From positions 1 through 40,827 of the IMG/VR virus record IMGVR_UViG_3300032335_000453: a stretch of DNA of 40,827 nucleotides. One strand, given 5' to 3'. Below the pieces are notes generated by a model. It was not told the origin of the DNA. It made no database searches and saw only the letters and a program-made list of their open reading frames with translations. Both the position numbers and the translations under genes were made by a program. Positions 9,164-19,053 of this stretch are shown here, one piece after another; position 1 is the first letter of the stretch; each line of letters starts with the position of its first letter. The stretch comes from a virus. Its lineage: Duplodnaviria > Caudoviricetes.

Positions 9164-9649
9164 TTACGACTTGGTTACAGATGTCAAATTATTTGAGCCG
9201 TCGTAAGTAAGCGTAAGAGTAGCAACAGTTGTTCCACCAGAACCTCCTGTCTTATACACTACGCCAGTAAGATTTGATCCTGTATAAGAGCAAGAAACAT
9301 AATTATATGGAGGTATTTGAAGCCCAGCAATGGATGCCGTATTTGTCTTGATATTGGCAACGTCAGCCGCTTGAGGTGTCTCAATGCCGATAATCGTGTC
9401 TAGCTTGTTCTCAATAGATGCTAAATCTGCATCAACAGTAGCATCTACATTAACTTTTAGCTCTCCTCCTGCATTTACATTTAAAGGAACACGAGTAACA
9501 CCATCAGGCCCAACCGCAACATCAGAGTTTCCACCACCTCCTCCTCCACCAGCATTGGTAGCATTCCAGATATTCCAAAGCTGTTCAGATTCGGTCGTTG
9601 CAGACCAATTAGCTAAACTCGCTGTAGAATTAGTATCTGGTACACTCAT
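9164..9649 (-). CDS. virion fibre/adaptor protein
   Basis: C-terminal YTGSNLTGVVYKTGGSGGTTVATLTLTYDGSNNLTSVTKS motif that commonly precedes FNPLTG-type fibre genes; Gly linker. Confidence 0.6.
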   Translation of the reverse strand: MSVPDTNSTASLANWSATTESEQLWNIWNATNAGGGGGGGNSDVAVGPDGVTRVPLNVNAGGELKVNVDATVDADLASIENKLDTIIGIETPQAADVANIKTNTASIAGLQIPPYNYVSCSYTGSNLTGVVYKTGGSGGTTVATLTLTYDGSNNLTSVTKS

Positions 9650-9676
9650 AATTTTATTTCACAGAAAACCTCCATA

Positions 9677-9709
9677 AATGGAGTAGGGGGATCGAACCCC
9701 TACCCCATT
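9677..9709 (-). terminator. intergenic stem-loop (terminator or processing site)
   Basis: AATGGGGTAGGGG-TTCGATC-CCCCTACTCCATT on the - strand, downstream of the capsid-associated genes. Confidence 0.5.
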
Positions 9710-9718
9710 ATAATTTAA

Positions 9719-10399
9719 TTACTGAAGAAGACCAACAACGTACACATCACCAGTAATTGCACCAATGCGACCAGCGGTATCAGCCGTGGAAGCCTCAGTA
9801 ACAAGCGAGGGATTGTAGTACGAGAAGGTCGTGGCAGTCTTGGAAATAACCGTAACGGTTCCGTTATAAGCGGCATTTCCAACAGACTGAACAACAACCG
9901 TTGCACCAGCGGTGATCCACGATGGAACACTAGCAACCGTAAGGGTGCTGATGTTTGCTGTGGTGGCACGATTGGTGGTAGCCAGAGCAGGGATAGCGGC
10001 AGTCGTAACGTTCACGCGAACGCTCTGAGTTGCGGCAGCTCCATTGCTAGGGATGGTCGTGGAAACAGGAACTTGACCAAGAACATAACCATTCGTCGCA
10101 GGGGTCAGAACGGTTGAGGAAAGGTCGCCTGTACCATTGATTGCAACAACAGGAGTCGCGGGAAGCGTTCCAGTTGCAATGTTCTGGCCTGTGGTTCCAT
10201 TGTCGATGGCAACAACGGCTTGTGTGCCATTGGTTCCAGCGGCGTTAGTGTAAACCACAAACGAGGCGGTAGGAATAAACGTCTCAGAGTCAAGCTCAAG
10301 CTGACCAAGAGTGTAGGTTCCAGTTTTAGTGAAATCAACCGACAGAGGGCCGAAACGGACAACAGTCAGGTTGTTAGGGGTGGGTCGAGGAGTGGACAT
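9719..10399 (-). CDS. capsid decoration/minor capsid protein
   Basis: T/A/V-rich beta protein two genes after the major capsid, with similar codon style. Confidence 0.5.
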   Translation of the reverse strand: MSTPRPTPNNLTVVRFGPLSVDFTKTGTYTLGQLELDSETFIPTASFVVYTNAAGTNGTQAVVAIDNGTTGQNIATGTLPATPVVAINGTGDLSSTVLTPATNGYVLGQVPVSTTIPSNGAAATQSVRVNVTTAAIPALATTNRATTANISTLTVASVPSWITAGATVVVQSVGNAAYNGTVTVISKTATTFSYYNPSLVTEASTADTAGRIGAITGDVYVVGLLQ

Positions 10400-10417
10400 A
10401 TTTTATTTTGTTAAGTT

Positions 10418-10741
10418 TTAGTAGTAACCGGGGGTGTTGTAAACAACGTTGTTAAGGGTATAGCTCACAAGAACAGTACCAGCAGTTGCCGCAACCGTGA
10501 TGGCTGTGTACAACGGGCCGCTACCATTGATGCTAAACACACCAGTATAAGCAACGCCATTTACCGTAGCATTGCTTCCTGCTGGAGCAGTAATCGACCA
10601 AGTGATCGCACTTACAGGAATAGAGAAGCTAGAACCGCTTGCAACCGATTGGAAATACGGAGTCAACGGTTGCCCCGACCCTGCGTAAAGCAGGGCGGGG
10701 GCGTTGAGAACATCCGATGGAGCGTAATTAGATGGGTTCAT
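10418..10741 (-). CDS. capsid-associated small structural protein
   Basis: Directly follows the major capsid gene; S/T/A-rich beta protein. Confidence 0.5.
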   Translation of the reverse strand: MNPSNYAPSDVLNAPALLYAGSGQPLTPYFQSVASGSSFSIPVSAITWSITAPAGSNATVNGVAYTGVFSINGSGPLYTAITVAATAGTVLVSYTLNNVVYNTPGYY

Positions 10742-10761
10742 CGAATTATTCGTTTATCGGA

Positions 10762-12171
10762 TTAGATGGGCTGGCTAACCACGCTGGAACAAACGTAGCA
10801 ATCAGGGGTGTATTGCGGCGTATAGTTCGGGGCGAGATTGCAAGGAGCAGGGATGATCAGACGGCTGGTGTTGAGCCTGTGAAGGATCGAGTGCATCAGC
10901 GTAGGATCTTGGAACTGCATACCCATACGGAACTGGTTCCAGAAGAAACCTTGGTCGCGCTTAATGTTGCACTCCCAATCAGGGTTCTTCCACTCCCAAT
11001 CACCAGCATAGTTCTGCGTCATGCCTTGGGCTTCACCAAGACCGCTTTGGGAAGGGCTGATCCACTTGATCATGGCCTTGTTGACCCAAGGGTTAGTGAT
11101 ACCGAAGTCGGCATTGGCGAAGGCGGGGTTCTGGATGTATTTGCAACCCAACTCCGTAGTGACGGGGTAGTAGGGAAGAACACGAACCAGACGAGGCCAA
11201 GTGGTCGGATCGTTGGCGTTGAAGGTAGGCAGGGACGCATTGTACGTCCAATCCACATTCAGGCGAACACCGTTGATGTCTTGGCAGAAAGCGTAGTTTC
11301 CGATAACGCGATCAATACCAAGGGAGTATTGAAGCTGCTTGTCATCGAAATCACTAACGCTCTCCCACCATCCACCAGACTGCTTGGCATACTGCCAGAG
11401 CTGACGAAGGACGCGAGAATCAGGAACGATCACCTCAAGAAGAGGGCGACCAGCGGCCTCGCTAACGTCGAGACGATAGGCGTCATCTTCACGCTGGAGG
11501 TTGATGAGGATGTCATCAAGGGTATCAAGCGAGAGAAGACCGATGTTATCAAGCTGTGAAGCAGGAAGTTTCACATAGACATAGCCCATGTTGTAGCTTC
11601 CCTCTTTCGTTCCCTCAAAGGGCTGAACGATGAACATCTGATCGTCTTCAGCAACACAAGAGACAAGGCTCTGACCATTGCTTACAGGAACCCACTTGTG
11701 ACCAGCACCACCGATCCAGTTGGAACGGGCGAACTCCTCATGGACGTTCTTGGTGATGTTGACATTGGTAGCCATGATGTGATCCATCTCCTCCTGTGGG
11801 AACAGGCGATACATGAAATCAGTAAGCTGATACCAATCGGTACGCATTGCCTTGGTGAAAAGGCTGAAGCTGTAGCTCTCAGTTCCGGGGTGAGCAATCG
11901 TCTCAAACTGGAAATCATCAGCATTCTGAACGCAACGTCCAGACTGAACTTCCTGCCAAGGCTGATCGGGGTTATACCATCCACGACCAAAGCGGAAAGC
12001 CTTCATCGTAGGGAGGGTGTTCAAGGGCCAAGTCTCAGTCTCAAGACGACCATAGTAAATACTGTTTATGCTCATCTTTTTGATAAAAAACGGATTGTAG
12101 TAGGTACGAGCCTCTCGAAAGAGGGTATCGACATCCTGACAACTCGAAAAAGTTATGCCATTCTGTGCCAT
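10762..12171 (-). CDS. major capsid protein
   Basis: 469 aa in portal-scaffold-capsid order; strongly biased codons (long antisense ORFs); long leader with promoter. Confidence 0.8.
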   Translation of the reverse strand: MAQNGITFSSCQDVDTLFREARTYYNPFFIKKMSINSIYYGRLETETWPLNTLPTMKAFRFGRGWYNPDQPWQEVQSGRCVQNADDFQFETIAHPGTESYSFSLFTKAMRTDWYQLTDFMYRLFPQEEMDHIMATNVNITKNVHEEFARSNWIGGAGHKWVPVSNGQSLVSCVAEDDQMFIVQPFEGTKEGSYNMGYVYVKLPASQLDNIGLLSLDTLDDILINLQREDDAYRLDVSEAAGRPLLEVIVPDSRVLRQLWQYAKQSGGWWESVSDFDDKQLQYSLGIDRVIGNYAFCQDINGVRLNVDWTYNASLPTFNANDPTTWPRLVRVLPYYPVTTELGCKYIQNPAFANADFGITNPWVNKAMIKWISPSQSGLGEAQGMTQNYAGDWEWKNPDWECNIKRDQGFFWNQFRMGMQFQDPTLMHSILHRLNTSRLIIPAPCNLAPNYTPQYTPDCYVCSSVVSQPI

Positions 12172-12409
12172 ATAATTAATTGTTTTAGGTTTATTGTGTG
12201 TCCCAAAAAGGATCGCTCCCTTTTAGAACACGGTTTAGTGTGTTTAGGGTTTGCGATCTGGCAACCATCGCTGTTGTTTTGATCACCCCACTATTCTCCA
12301 GTTTGGCAACCCGCTTATTATTTAATGTGGGTCGCTATCCCACTCGTTGCTTCCACCGAGAACAGTTGGCTAATCAAACCAACTAATCCAGAGTTATAAT
12401 GTCAACGAA

Positions 12410-12438
12410 CTATTAGGGATTTCCTAATAGCTCGTCAA
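12410..12438 (-). promoter_or_regulatory. sigma70-like promoter for the capsid gene
   Basis: TTGACG-17 nt-TAATAG on the - strand, within the palindrome CGAACTATTAGG...CCTAATAGCTCG. Confidence 0.45.
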
Positions 12439-12447
12439 CATAAATTT

Positions 12448-13773
12448 TTATCTATTACGAAACTTGGCAAACAAACTAGCAGGAGTCCTTTCCTCTACTT
12501 CATTGGCCTTGCCAGCAGAAGAAGAACCAATGGTTCCATCTCCAGTTCCCGATCCTCTCATCTTTCTAATTGTATCTTGAAGTTCAGCTATTTGTTTGTC
12601 TTGGGCAAAAGAATATGCTTTTAACTTTTTATATTTCGAGCCTTGTGTCAAAACTCTTGTAATTTGCTCCGGAGCATAGTTGCTATTCTCGCGCAATGCG
12701 GCTTCAGCAATCATCTCATCTTCCGTTGTGTCATCATCAATGTTTTGTGATGAGATAATCTTAGCAATATCTTCTGAATACTTTACAGCATCATCAAGTT
12801 GTTGCTTTGCGGAGCTATAAGCATCCTGCCAACGTTTTCCGATTTGAGCCTTGTTCATTGATGCCCTACGAGCATTTTCCTCATCCGCTTGAGCTTTAGT
12901 TACTTCCCAATTTGCAATGGCTTGGCTACGAACTTCAATCTTATTAAGCACTTCATAGGCAGTAGAATTAAACTTTGCTTGTTCCATTGGCGAAAGATTC
13001 TCGTAAATATAATTAAGAGTCTGCTTGGAAATCTCGCGCTGTTTCGCCCTCTCAGAAGGATCTTGTGTTGTAAGAGATGCTTCGTATGCCTGAACAGCTT
13101 TAGAAAACTCCGTAAGACTTCCTTCGTCTTCTCCTAGAATTGTCTTAACCTGATTGTATCCATTAAGAATTGGCGCATCGTAGTTTTCTTTAAAGATAGG
13201 ATCAGCAGGAAGATTCAAGAAAGCATTGGTCTTGCGTAGTTTTTCTAGATCATTTGCAAGTGCCTCTTCACGCTCCTGCTTTTCTTTAAGCGTTTGCTCA
13301 AGCTGTTTGCGAACTTCTTCAATTTCCTTCTTGGTTCCACCATCATCTAGCTTGGAGCGAAGGTCTTGGATTTCCTTCTCGTACTCTGGAACCTTTTCCA
13401 AACGAGCCTTTAGTTCAGCAGTTTCCTTGGCAAGTTGCTCATTGGTTTGCTTTAGGGATTTGATATAGCCACCCTTTTTCTCATCATCAACAGAGGATGC
13501 TTTGATTTCTGGCTCTGGCCTATTATCTTCAGCATCGCGCTTGGCTTGCTTTTCCTCATCAATCTTATCTTGGTATTGATAAGAATCTTGATTTAACTTT
13601 TCAGCCATTTTTTTAAACAAGTCATTTGGATTTCCCTTGGGGGCTTCCTTGATCTCGGACTTGAAAAAAACGTCAGCTTGTTTAACAGCGGCATCCCTTG
13701 CGGCTTTATCAGCAACAGATGCGGCGGTTAGGTTCGGGTTTTGTGTGTGGTCTGCTACGGCTGTTTCGGACAT
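12448..13773 (-). CDS. capsid scaffolding protein
   Basis: 441 aa acidic coiled-coil between portal and capsid; basic C-terminal tip FAKFRNR. Confidence 0.7.
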   Translation of the reverse strand: MSETAVADHTQNPNLTAASVADKAARDAAVKQADVFFKSEIKEAPKGNPNDLFKKMAEKLNQDSYQYQDKIDEEKQAKRDAEDNRPEPEIKASSVDDEKKGGYIKSLKQTNEQLAKETAELKARLEKVPEYEKEIQDLRSKLDDGGTKKEIEEVRKQLEQTLKEKQEREEALANDLEKLRKTNAFLNLPADPIFKENYDAPILNGYNQVKTILGEDEGSLTEFSKAVQAYEASLTTQDPSERAKQREISKQTLNYIYENLSPMEQAKFNSTAYEVLNKIEVRSQAIANWEVTKAQADEENARRASMNKAQIGKRWQDAYSSAKQQLDDAVKYSEDIAKIISSQNIDDDTTEDEMIAEAALRENSNYAPEQITRVLTQGSKYKKLKAYSFAQDKQIAELQDTIRKMRGSGTGDGTIGSSSAGKANEVEERTPASLFAKFRNR

Positions 13774-13794
13774 ATGGGTTGTGGTTGTATGTGG

Positions 13795-14079
13795 TTACTT
13801 TCGCAAATTCAATTCATCTTCAGTCAATGAAATATCAAGGTCTGGATCTAAATCTAAATCATGGGTTGCAACTTTTGTAACTGTTGCTTGCTGTCTTTCA
13901 ACCTCATTAAAGGAATTATCTTTGGCTTCTACGGCATAATCCTGCAATGCGCGGAATACTGCTACAACAGTAGCATGATCATATTTTACCAGATCCTCAT
14001 AAACAGCGGTTTTTAGTTCGCTGTATCTTTTATCATTAATAATTGCGGCGGCTAGGTTTACGGTATTTATATCAGCCAT
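13795..14079 (-). CDS. small head-assembly region protein
   Basis: ATG 14079 two nt after the portal stop; typical position between portal and scaffold. Confidence 0.55.
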   Translation of the reverse strand: MADINTVNLAAAIINDKRYSELKTAVYEDLVKYDHATVVAVFRALQDYAVEAKDNSFNEVERQQATVTKVATHDLDLDPDLDISLTEDELNLRK

Positions 14080-14080
14080 T

Positions 14081-16651
14081 TTATAGTTCCATTTGCGGGT
14101 TGCTTTGTGTTGCTTCCTCAAGAGAAGGTTGTGGCATCATCTCTTGAGTGTTCATTTGCATTTCTTGTTCATTTTTCTTCTGCAAAATTGTTGCATCATT
14201 AGCGGCTTTTGCTCTGCGAATCTGGATTTCGTTAGCGGCTTTTGCCCTCTTGGTTGCAAGGTCAGTTGCCGTTTTCTCCATTTGGTTTGCCTCACGAAGT
14301 TGAGCCTTTGTTGCCAATGCTGCAAGTTTAATATCTTCCTTCTTCTTGAGGGAGTCGGTCTGGATGGCCTCTTTAGCAACCATTGCTTGCAGCTTGATGG
14401 TCTCAGGATCTTGCTGCCCTTGGTTGCTTTGTTGTTGCTTGGCTTGTGCCATTTGAGCAACTTGGCTACCGAGTTCATCAACTCCACGCTGGAGCATTTG
14501 CATTTGCTGACCAAATTCTTTTACCATTCCCTTCTTGGAAGGATCATTTTGGATAAAGCCAAGGTGAGCAACAAGGTGTGGGCCTTTGAAGCGCATGAGG
14601 CAAGCGTATAGGTCACGGAGAAGTTCAAACGCTTCATCATCAACAAGGGCTTGCGCTTGATTGGCGTTAGGATTAATTCCCATTGATTGCATGACTTGCT
14701 GTGCTTCCTGCAAGGAAACCATTGAGTCCTGCATATGACCCTTAAAGTGTTCGATATGATTCTGATCGGGATACACACGGAAATTTGCAGGGTTTCCTTT
14801 AGGATCAGTCATTCCAATGTTTTCCATTGAGATGATTCCCTGTTCATCTGGAATATCGACCTTTGTTTGTTGGAAGTAACGACCAACATTTTGCCTTCCG
14901 TTAAGTGCGGCAATCGCATCAGTAATGGCATTGGCCTGACCTTCATTCATTGGAGTCATACCAGTAAGTGCAACGGTTTGCTGTGCCGCCATCAGCTTGT
15001 AGGAAGGGCTTCCAGAACCAGCAAGCATATTGCTCTCAAGAGTTTCAATATTCTCCCACTTCCACGCTTCCTTTGGAACGCCATTCTGTTCCATAAACTC
15101 AACAAACTGCTCTTTGAGCTTGTATCCATTTCCACCCTTAGTGGTGTTGCTCATTCTCTTATACAGAAGACGCAACCAACGGGTTTGGTTATCATTAAAC
15201 CTACGAATTTGTGTTCCTTGGAGCTTTGCAGATTCAGCCGCATCAAGTTCAGCTTCTCCTTTGGTGCGTTGCTTGCCGCCCTTTGTGGTCTGACTAATAT
15301 TGTATGCACCGATTCCACGATACATATCAGCTTGATAGTATTGCATTCCTGCAAATAATTCATTAAGCGGAACGCTAAGATTTACTTGGGCTGGCTCAAC
15401 ATCTTGTGGCAGAATCATCCAAGGTTGCCATTCCATTTGCTTTAGCTTCTTTGTTGCTTCAGCAGTACCACCTTTAAGCATCAGTCGGGTGCTCCAATCC
15501 ATTGCATCAAATGCACGATTCATGTGGATGTCGTAGGCTCGGCATTGAATAAAGACAGATTCAGCTAATCCTTGGATCTCATGCCAGATTCCACTTCCTG
15601 TAGAGTCGCACATTGGAGCGATAATATCAGCCCAACCATCTCCATCTTTTTCTACCCAATCTTTGCGGTAATAAAGGAATCCAGTTTGGTCACGATATTC
15701 TTCTTCCGTAAGGTCTTTGCGTCCGTTCTCTTTGTAACCAAGAACAAGTCCCCCGTAGTTCTGAAGTAAGAGCATTTTGGAAATGCTTCCGTTAAACTCC
15801 ATAATATACAACTCATAAAGCTCAATACGAAGAGTATAAAGACGAGAAAGATTTAGGTTTCCACTGGCAACATCGCGCAACCATTCGGTATTGGTATATG
15901 TATTGCGATAGTTGGTAGTGAACATCCGAAGGGCATCAACACAAGCCCAAAAGTTCCAGCCCATGTCTGTAGCATATGCCCTAGCTTTTTCTGGATCTTC
16001 CTCCCCGCCAGTAATCTTGAGCCAGAACTCAAGGGGGGTGTACGAACGTTTAATACAAATCTCACCCAAGTTCGTGAGGTCTGCATACGTTTTATCTGGA
16101 ATTAGCACATTAGAATTATGAAAGCTCTTGGTGGGCCAACCATCACGATCTTCTGCAATCTCAAAGCCCTTTCCATAAAGCGTCATTTCCTCAACGTCTA
16201 GTTCTACGTTGTAGTTGTAGCTATTCCAAGAACGTAGCATCCGATCAAATCCAATACTAATTAAATCACTCCATTGTTTCTTTTCTGTAGGATTACCAAG
16301 TTTGGTGGTAATATTTGCGGCGGTATTGCGCTCCATAACCATGTCCACAAAAGAAGACTTCTGGTTATCAACAATAAACTTCATTTGACGGAACGGGACA
16401 TTGCTCATTCCAGAAAGCTGACGAGAAGCTACTTGGCTGTAATCGGTCGGGGGGAAACCTTTATAGCATTTGTAGATGCGCCCCCATTTACGCTCACGAC
16501 CAGCATTATCCAATCGAAGATTCCAACAAATAGTAAAAGCTGAATTGGCATCACGAACCCTGCTTGAAGGAGCAACGCCATTGGAATTTACATTGTTGAA
16601 TCCCCATGTGGAAACTCCTTCTGCTTGAACTGGTCGTTTAGATTTTGCCAT
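14081..16651 (-). CDS. portal protein
   Basis: 856 aa helical protein; ELDVEEMTLYGKG and QRTKGEAE (RTAxE-like) motifs; Q/M-rich C-terminal coiled-coil as in P22-like portals. Confidence 0.85.
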   Translation of the reverse strand: MAKSKRPVQAEGVSTWGFNNVNSNGVAPSSRVRDANSAFTICWNLRLDNAGRERKWGRIYKCYKGFPPTDYSQVASRQLSGMSNVPFRQMKFIVDNQKSSFVDMVMERNTAANITTKLGNPTEKKQWSDLISIGFDRMLRSWNSYNYNVELDVEEMTLYGKGFEIAEDRDGWPTKSFHNSNVLIPDKTYADLTNLGEICIKRSYTPLEFWLKITGGEEDPEKARAYATDMGWNFWACVDALRMFTTNYRNTYTNTEWLRDVASGNLNLSRLYTLRIELYELYIMEFNGSISKMLLLQNYGGLVLGYKENGRKDLTEEEYRDQTGFLYYRKDWVEKDGDGWADIIAPMCDSTGSGIWHEIQGLAESVFIQCRAYDIHMNRAFDAMDWSTRLMLKGGTAEATKKLKQMEWQPWMILPQDVEPAQVNLSVPLNELFAGMQYYQADMYRGIGAYNISQTTKGGKQRTKGEAELDAAESAKLQGTQIRRFNDNQTRWLRLLYKRMSNTTKGGNGYKLKEQFVEFMEQNGVPKEAWKWENIETLESNMLAGSGSPSYKLMAAQQTVALTGMTPMNEGQANAITDAIAALNGRQNVGRYFQQTKVDIPDEQGIISMENIGMTDPKGNPANFRVYPDQNHIEHFKGHMQDSMVSLQEAQQVMQSMGINPNANQAQALVDDEAFELLRDLYACLMRFKGPHLVAHLGFIQNDPSKKGMVKEFGQQMQMLQRGVDELGSQVAQMAQAKQQQSNQGQQDPETIKLQAMVAKEAIQTDSLKKKEDIKLAALATKAQLREANQMEKTATDLATKRAKAANEIQIRRAKAANDATILQKKNEQEMQMNTQEMMPQPSLEEATQSNPQMEL

Positions 16652-16652
16652 T

Positions 16653-17042
16653 TTAGCCTATTGCTTGATTAAGTGCTTGTCTGCGCTTTTGGCAAGCGGT
16701 GCAACCTTTTGCGGTTTGCTCAAGGTTTGTCTTAACCCCGATGCTTGCTGCAACACGATCACCAAGACTAGCAAACGAATGAATTACGCTTGCCACCTTG
16801 TCTCCTGCTTCTTGCCAACAGTATTGGCTGGGCATCCTACCGCAAAGTTGCTGTTCGATCAAGTAAAGTAAATTTTCTGGCACAGAAACATTATTTACCT
16901 TCATATCGCTTTCTACACGATTTGCGAATTGATTACCAAAAGGTATATCCATTCCGTTGACACGATAGGCATTGCCCTTATCGTCGCTATATTCATACCA
17001 GAGTCCACCGGGTATAGGCCCGTTCTTGTCTTTTAATCTCAT
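16653..17042 (-). CDS. hypothetical protein with C-terminal LGDxVA...CxxCxxRxxxLN motif
   Basis: ATG 17042 (MRLKDKNG); first gene of the late operon. Confidence 0.55.
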   Translation of the reverse strand: MRLKDKNGPIPGGLWYEYSDDKGNAYRVNGMDIPFGNQFANRVESDMKVNNVSVPENLLYLIEQQLCGRMPSQYCWQEAGDKVASVIHSFASLGDRVAASIGVKTNLEQTAKGCTACQKRRQALNQAIG

Positions 17043-17095
17043 AGGTTGCTTGTCTTTCTTGCCTTCTTGTAGAAATTTTGTCAATCTTTTTACTC
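17043..17095. promoter_or_regulatory. divergent promoter region between virion operon and terminase
   Basis: 53-bp head-to-head gap with TTGACA on the - strand (17079-17084). Confidence 0.45.
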
Positions 17096-19027
17096 ATGAA
17101 TTACAAGGGATTGAGTTTAGAGCATCCGCAGGACACAACATATGGACTTCAGTTTTTAGAAAGTTCACCACAATTTGTTCGTGAGCTTGTTGCATATCGT
17201 CTCACTCGTGGAGAGTTTGGTCGGCGTGAGCGTATTAAGATGGGAATCAAAATGGATCAATGCGGATTGCTATCTCCCGCACAGCACATGGTCAATGCTT
17301 TCCAATTGATTTACGGCAACGATGTATTGCTCCATTCTCAAGGAATCCCAAACAATTATGCGCTAGACATCATTGATTTGTTTTGCAACGAGAACGATTG
17401 GGGTATTGCAGGGTGTGCATCTAGCGGAAAAACGTTTTCTGTTGCGGCTTGTATCGTTGTTGATTGGCTTTGCGCTCCAGATTACACAAGCACCTACGTT
17501 GCTTCTACATCTCTGGACGCATCTGAGGATCGCTTGTGGGGCAAAGTATGCACATTGTATCGAATTGCCATGAGGAACATACAGGCGCAACATGGCAAGG
17601 ATGCCTCTATCGGTAATCTGGTAGAGTATCGAAGAATGATTGTTTTTGAATCTATTGATACTCGTGACAGCGAAAGAGATTATACAAATGCCATAAAAGC
17701 CTTGGCTTTCCCTCGCGGAGGAGAGGGTAAGCGGTCTGTTGAGAACACAAGGGGTCGTAAGAACGCTAGGATGCGTCTATTTCTTGACGAATTGGCCGAA
17801 ATGGATCTCTACGCCCTAGATACTCGCGTGAACCTTGGAGCCAATCCTGACTTCATATTTGGAGGCATGGCAAACCCATCCAATACCGCCAACAACCCCC
17901 ATACGGAACTATGCCAGCCAGACGATCCGATGGAATGGGACGCTGTAAACCGCTATACAAAGAAATGGAAGACCCGTACTGGCGTAGCATTGCACCTTTC
18001 TGGAGAAGATAGCCCAAACTTCCAAGTTCCTGATGCAGAAATCCCACCTTTTGATCGGTTTTTGACTATAGAGGGTGAGGCGGCCACCCTTAAAAGGTGT
18101 TATGGCAATAAAAATGCCCTAGAATACTGGCGAAATGTGTACGGATGGTGGCCTGATTCATCTGTAGAACTCACAATCTTCTCAAAACAGTTTATCCAAG
18201 GGTGTGATATTGGCTGGGAACCAGTATGGAGCAATAGAACAAAGGTGGTTTGTGGCTTTGACCCTGCATTTACAGCAGGGGGAGATAGATGTGCCGCTTC
18301 TTTTTGCCGATTTGGGCCTAATGATACTGGTAGAAGCCTTGGTTATTACCTTGGAACTAGAGAATACACTAGTTCTGTAGGAGAAGTTTTTGAAGAAAGC
18401 ATTGCAATGCAGATAGTTAAGGATTGCTTGGAGTACGGAGTCCATCCTAGAGACTTTGGTTTGGATATATCTGGTGACGGAGGCAAGATGATGAGGGCAA
18501 TTATCATCGAATGGAGCAAGTTCCATCCAGAGGCAATGTTTGTTTTCCCTATTTCCTCTATGGGTATGCCCACCGAAAGGAAAATCTCCAACCTTGATCG
18601 TAGGACTTGCAAAGAAGCCTATGATCGGCTGGTTACTGAGTATTGGTTTGCCGTCCATACTGCCATGTCCACCCGATCCCTTGTGGGGATTGACTTGGAA
18701 CGCCACTCCCAAGTGATCAATGAATTATGCTCTAGGCTGTACCAGCACAAAGGCAGGAAGGTTTCTGTTGAGAAGAAGACTGAGATGAAGCAACGCATCA
18801 AGAAGTCTCCCGATTTGGCTGACTCCTTGACTTATGCCGTAGAAATGCTCCGAAGGGCAGGGCTAGAATTTACTTTTGAAGAGGAAACAGAATCCTTGGA
18901 CATCTTAGAGATTCGTGACTTTGAGAATAGGCTGATTAAAAATAGGCGCGATGAAGAAGATCCTACAAGCGAAGAAGATATGAGCTATGCCGGAATGACC
19001 GCAGATGAAGATGGATTTGGCATTTGA
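17096..19027 (+). CDS. terL: terminase large subunit
   Basis: Walker A GCASSGKT, Walker B LFLDE, motif III MANP, RNase H-like nuclease GFDPAFTAGGD...SPDLADSL. Confidence 0.93.
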   Translation: MNYKGLSLEHPQDTTYGLQFLESSPQFVRELVAYRLTRGEFGRRERIKMGIKMDQCGLLSPAQHMVNAFQLIYGNDVLLHSQGIPNNYALDIIDLFCNENDWGIAGCASSGKTFSVAACIVVDWLCAPDYTSTYVASTSLDASEDRLWGKVCTLYRIAMRNIQAQHGKDASIGNLVEYRRMIVFESIDTRDSERDYTNAIKALAFPRGGEGKRSVENTRGRKNARMRLFLDELAEMDLYALDTRVNLGANPDFIFGGMANPSNTANNPHTELCQPDDPMEWDAVNRYTKKWKTRTGVALHLSGEDSPNFQVPDAEIPPFDRFLTIEGEAATLKRCYGNKNALEYWRNVYGWWPDSSVELTIFSKQFIQGCDIGWEPVWSNRTKVVCGFDPAFTAGGDRCAASFCRFGPNDTGRSLGYYLGTREYTSSVGEVFEESIAMQIVKDCLEYGVHPRDFGLDISGDGGKMMRAIIIEWSKFHPEAMFVFPISSMGMPTERKISNLDRRTCKEAYDRLVTEYWFAVHTAMSTRSLVGIDLERHSQVINELCSRLYQHKGRKVSVEKKTEMKQRIKKSPDLADSLTYAVEMLRRAGLEFTFEEETESLDILEIRDFENRLIKNRRDEEDPTSEEDMSYAGMTADEDGFGI

Positions 19028-19053
19028 CATTTGCGGAGATTCTATGGCATATT
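19024..19053 (+). promoter_or_regulatory. sigma70-like promoter
   Basis: TTGACA-18 nt-CATATT; shares TTGACATT...CTATGGCAT with the early promoter at 25567. Confidence 0.45.

Noticed and set aside
10732-12282. Long + strand ORFs antisense to the capsid gene, and similar ones over the portal
   Set aside because: Expected shadows of biased codon usage; no recognisable motifs or start signals
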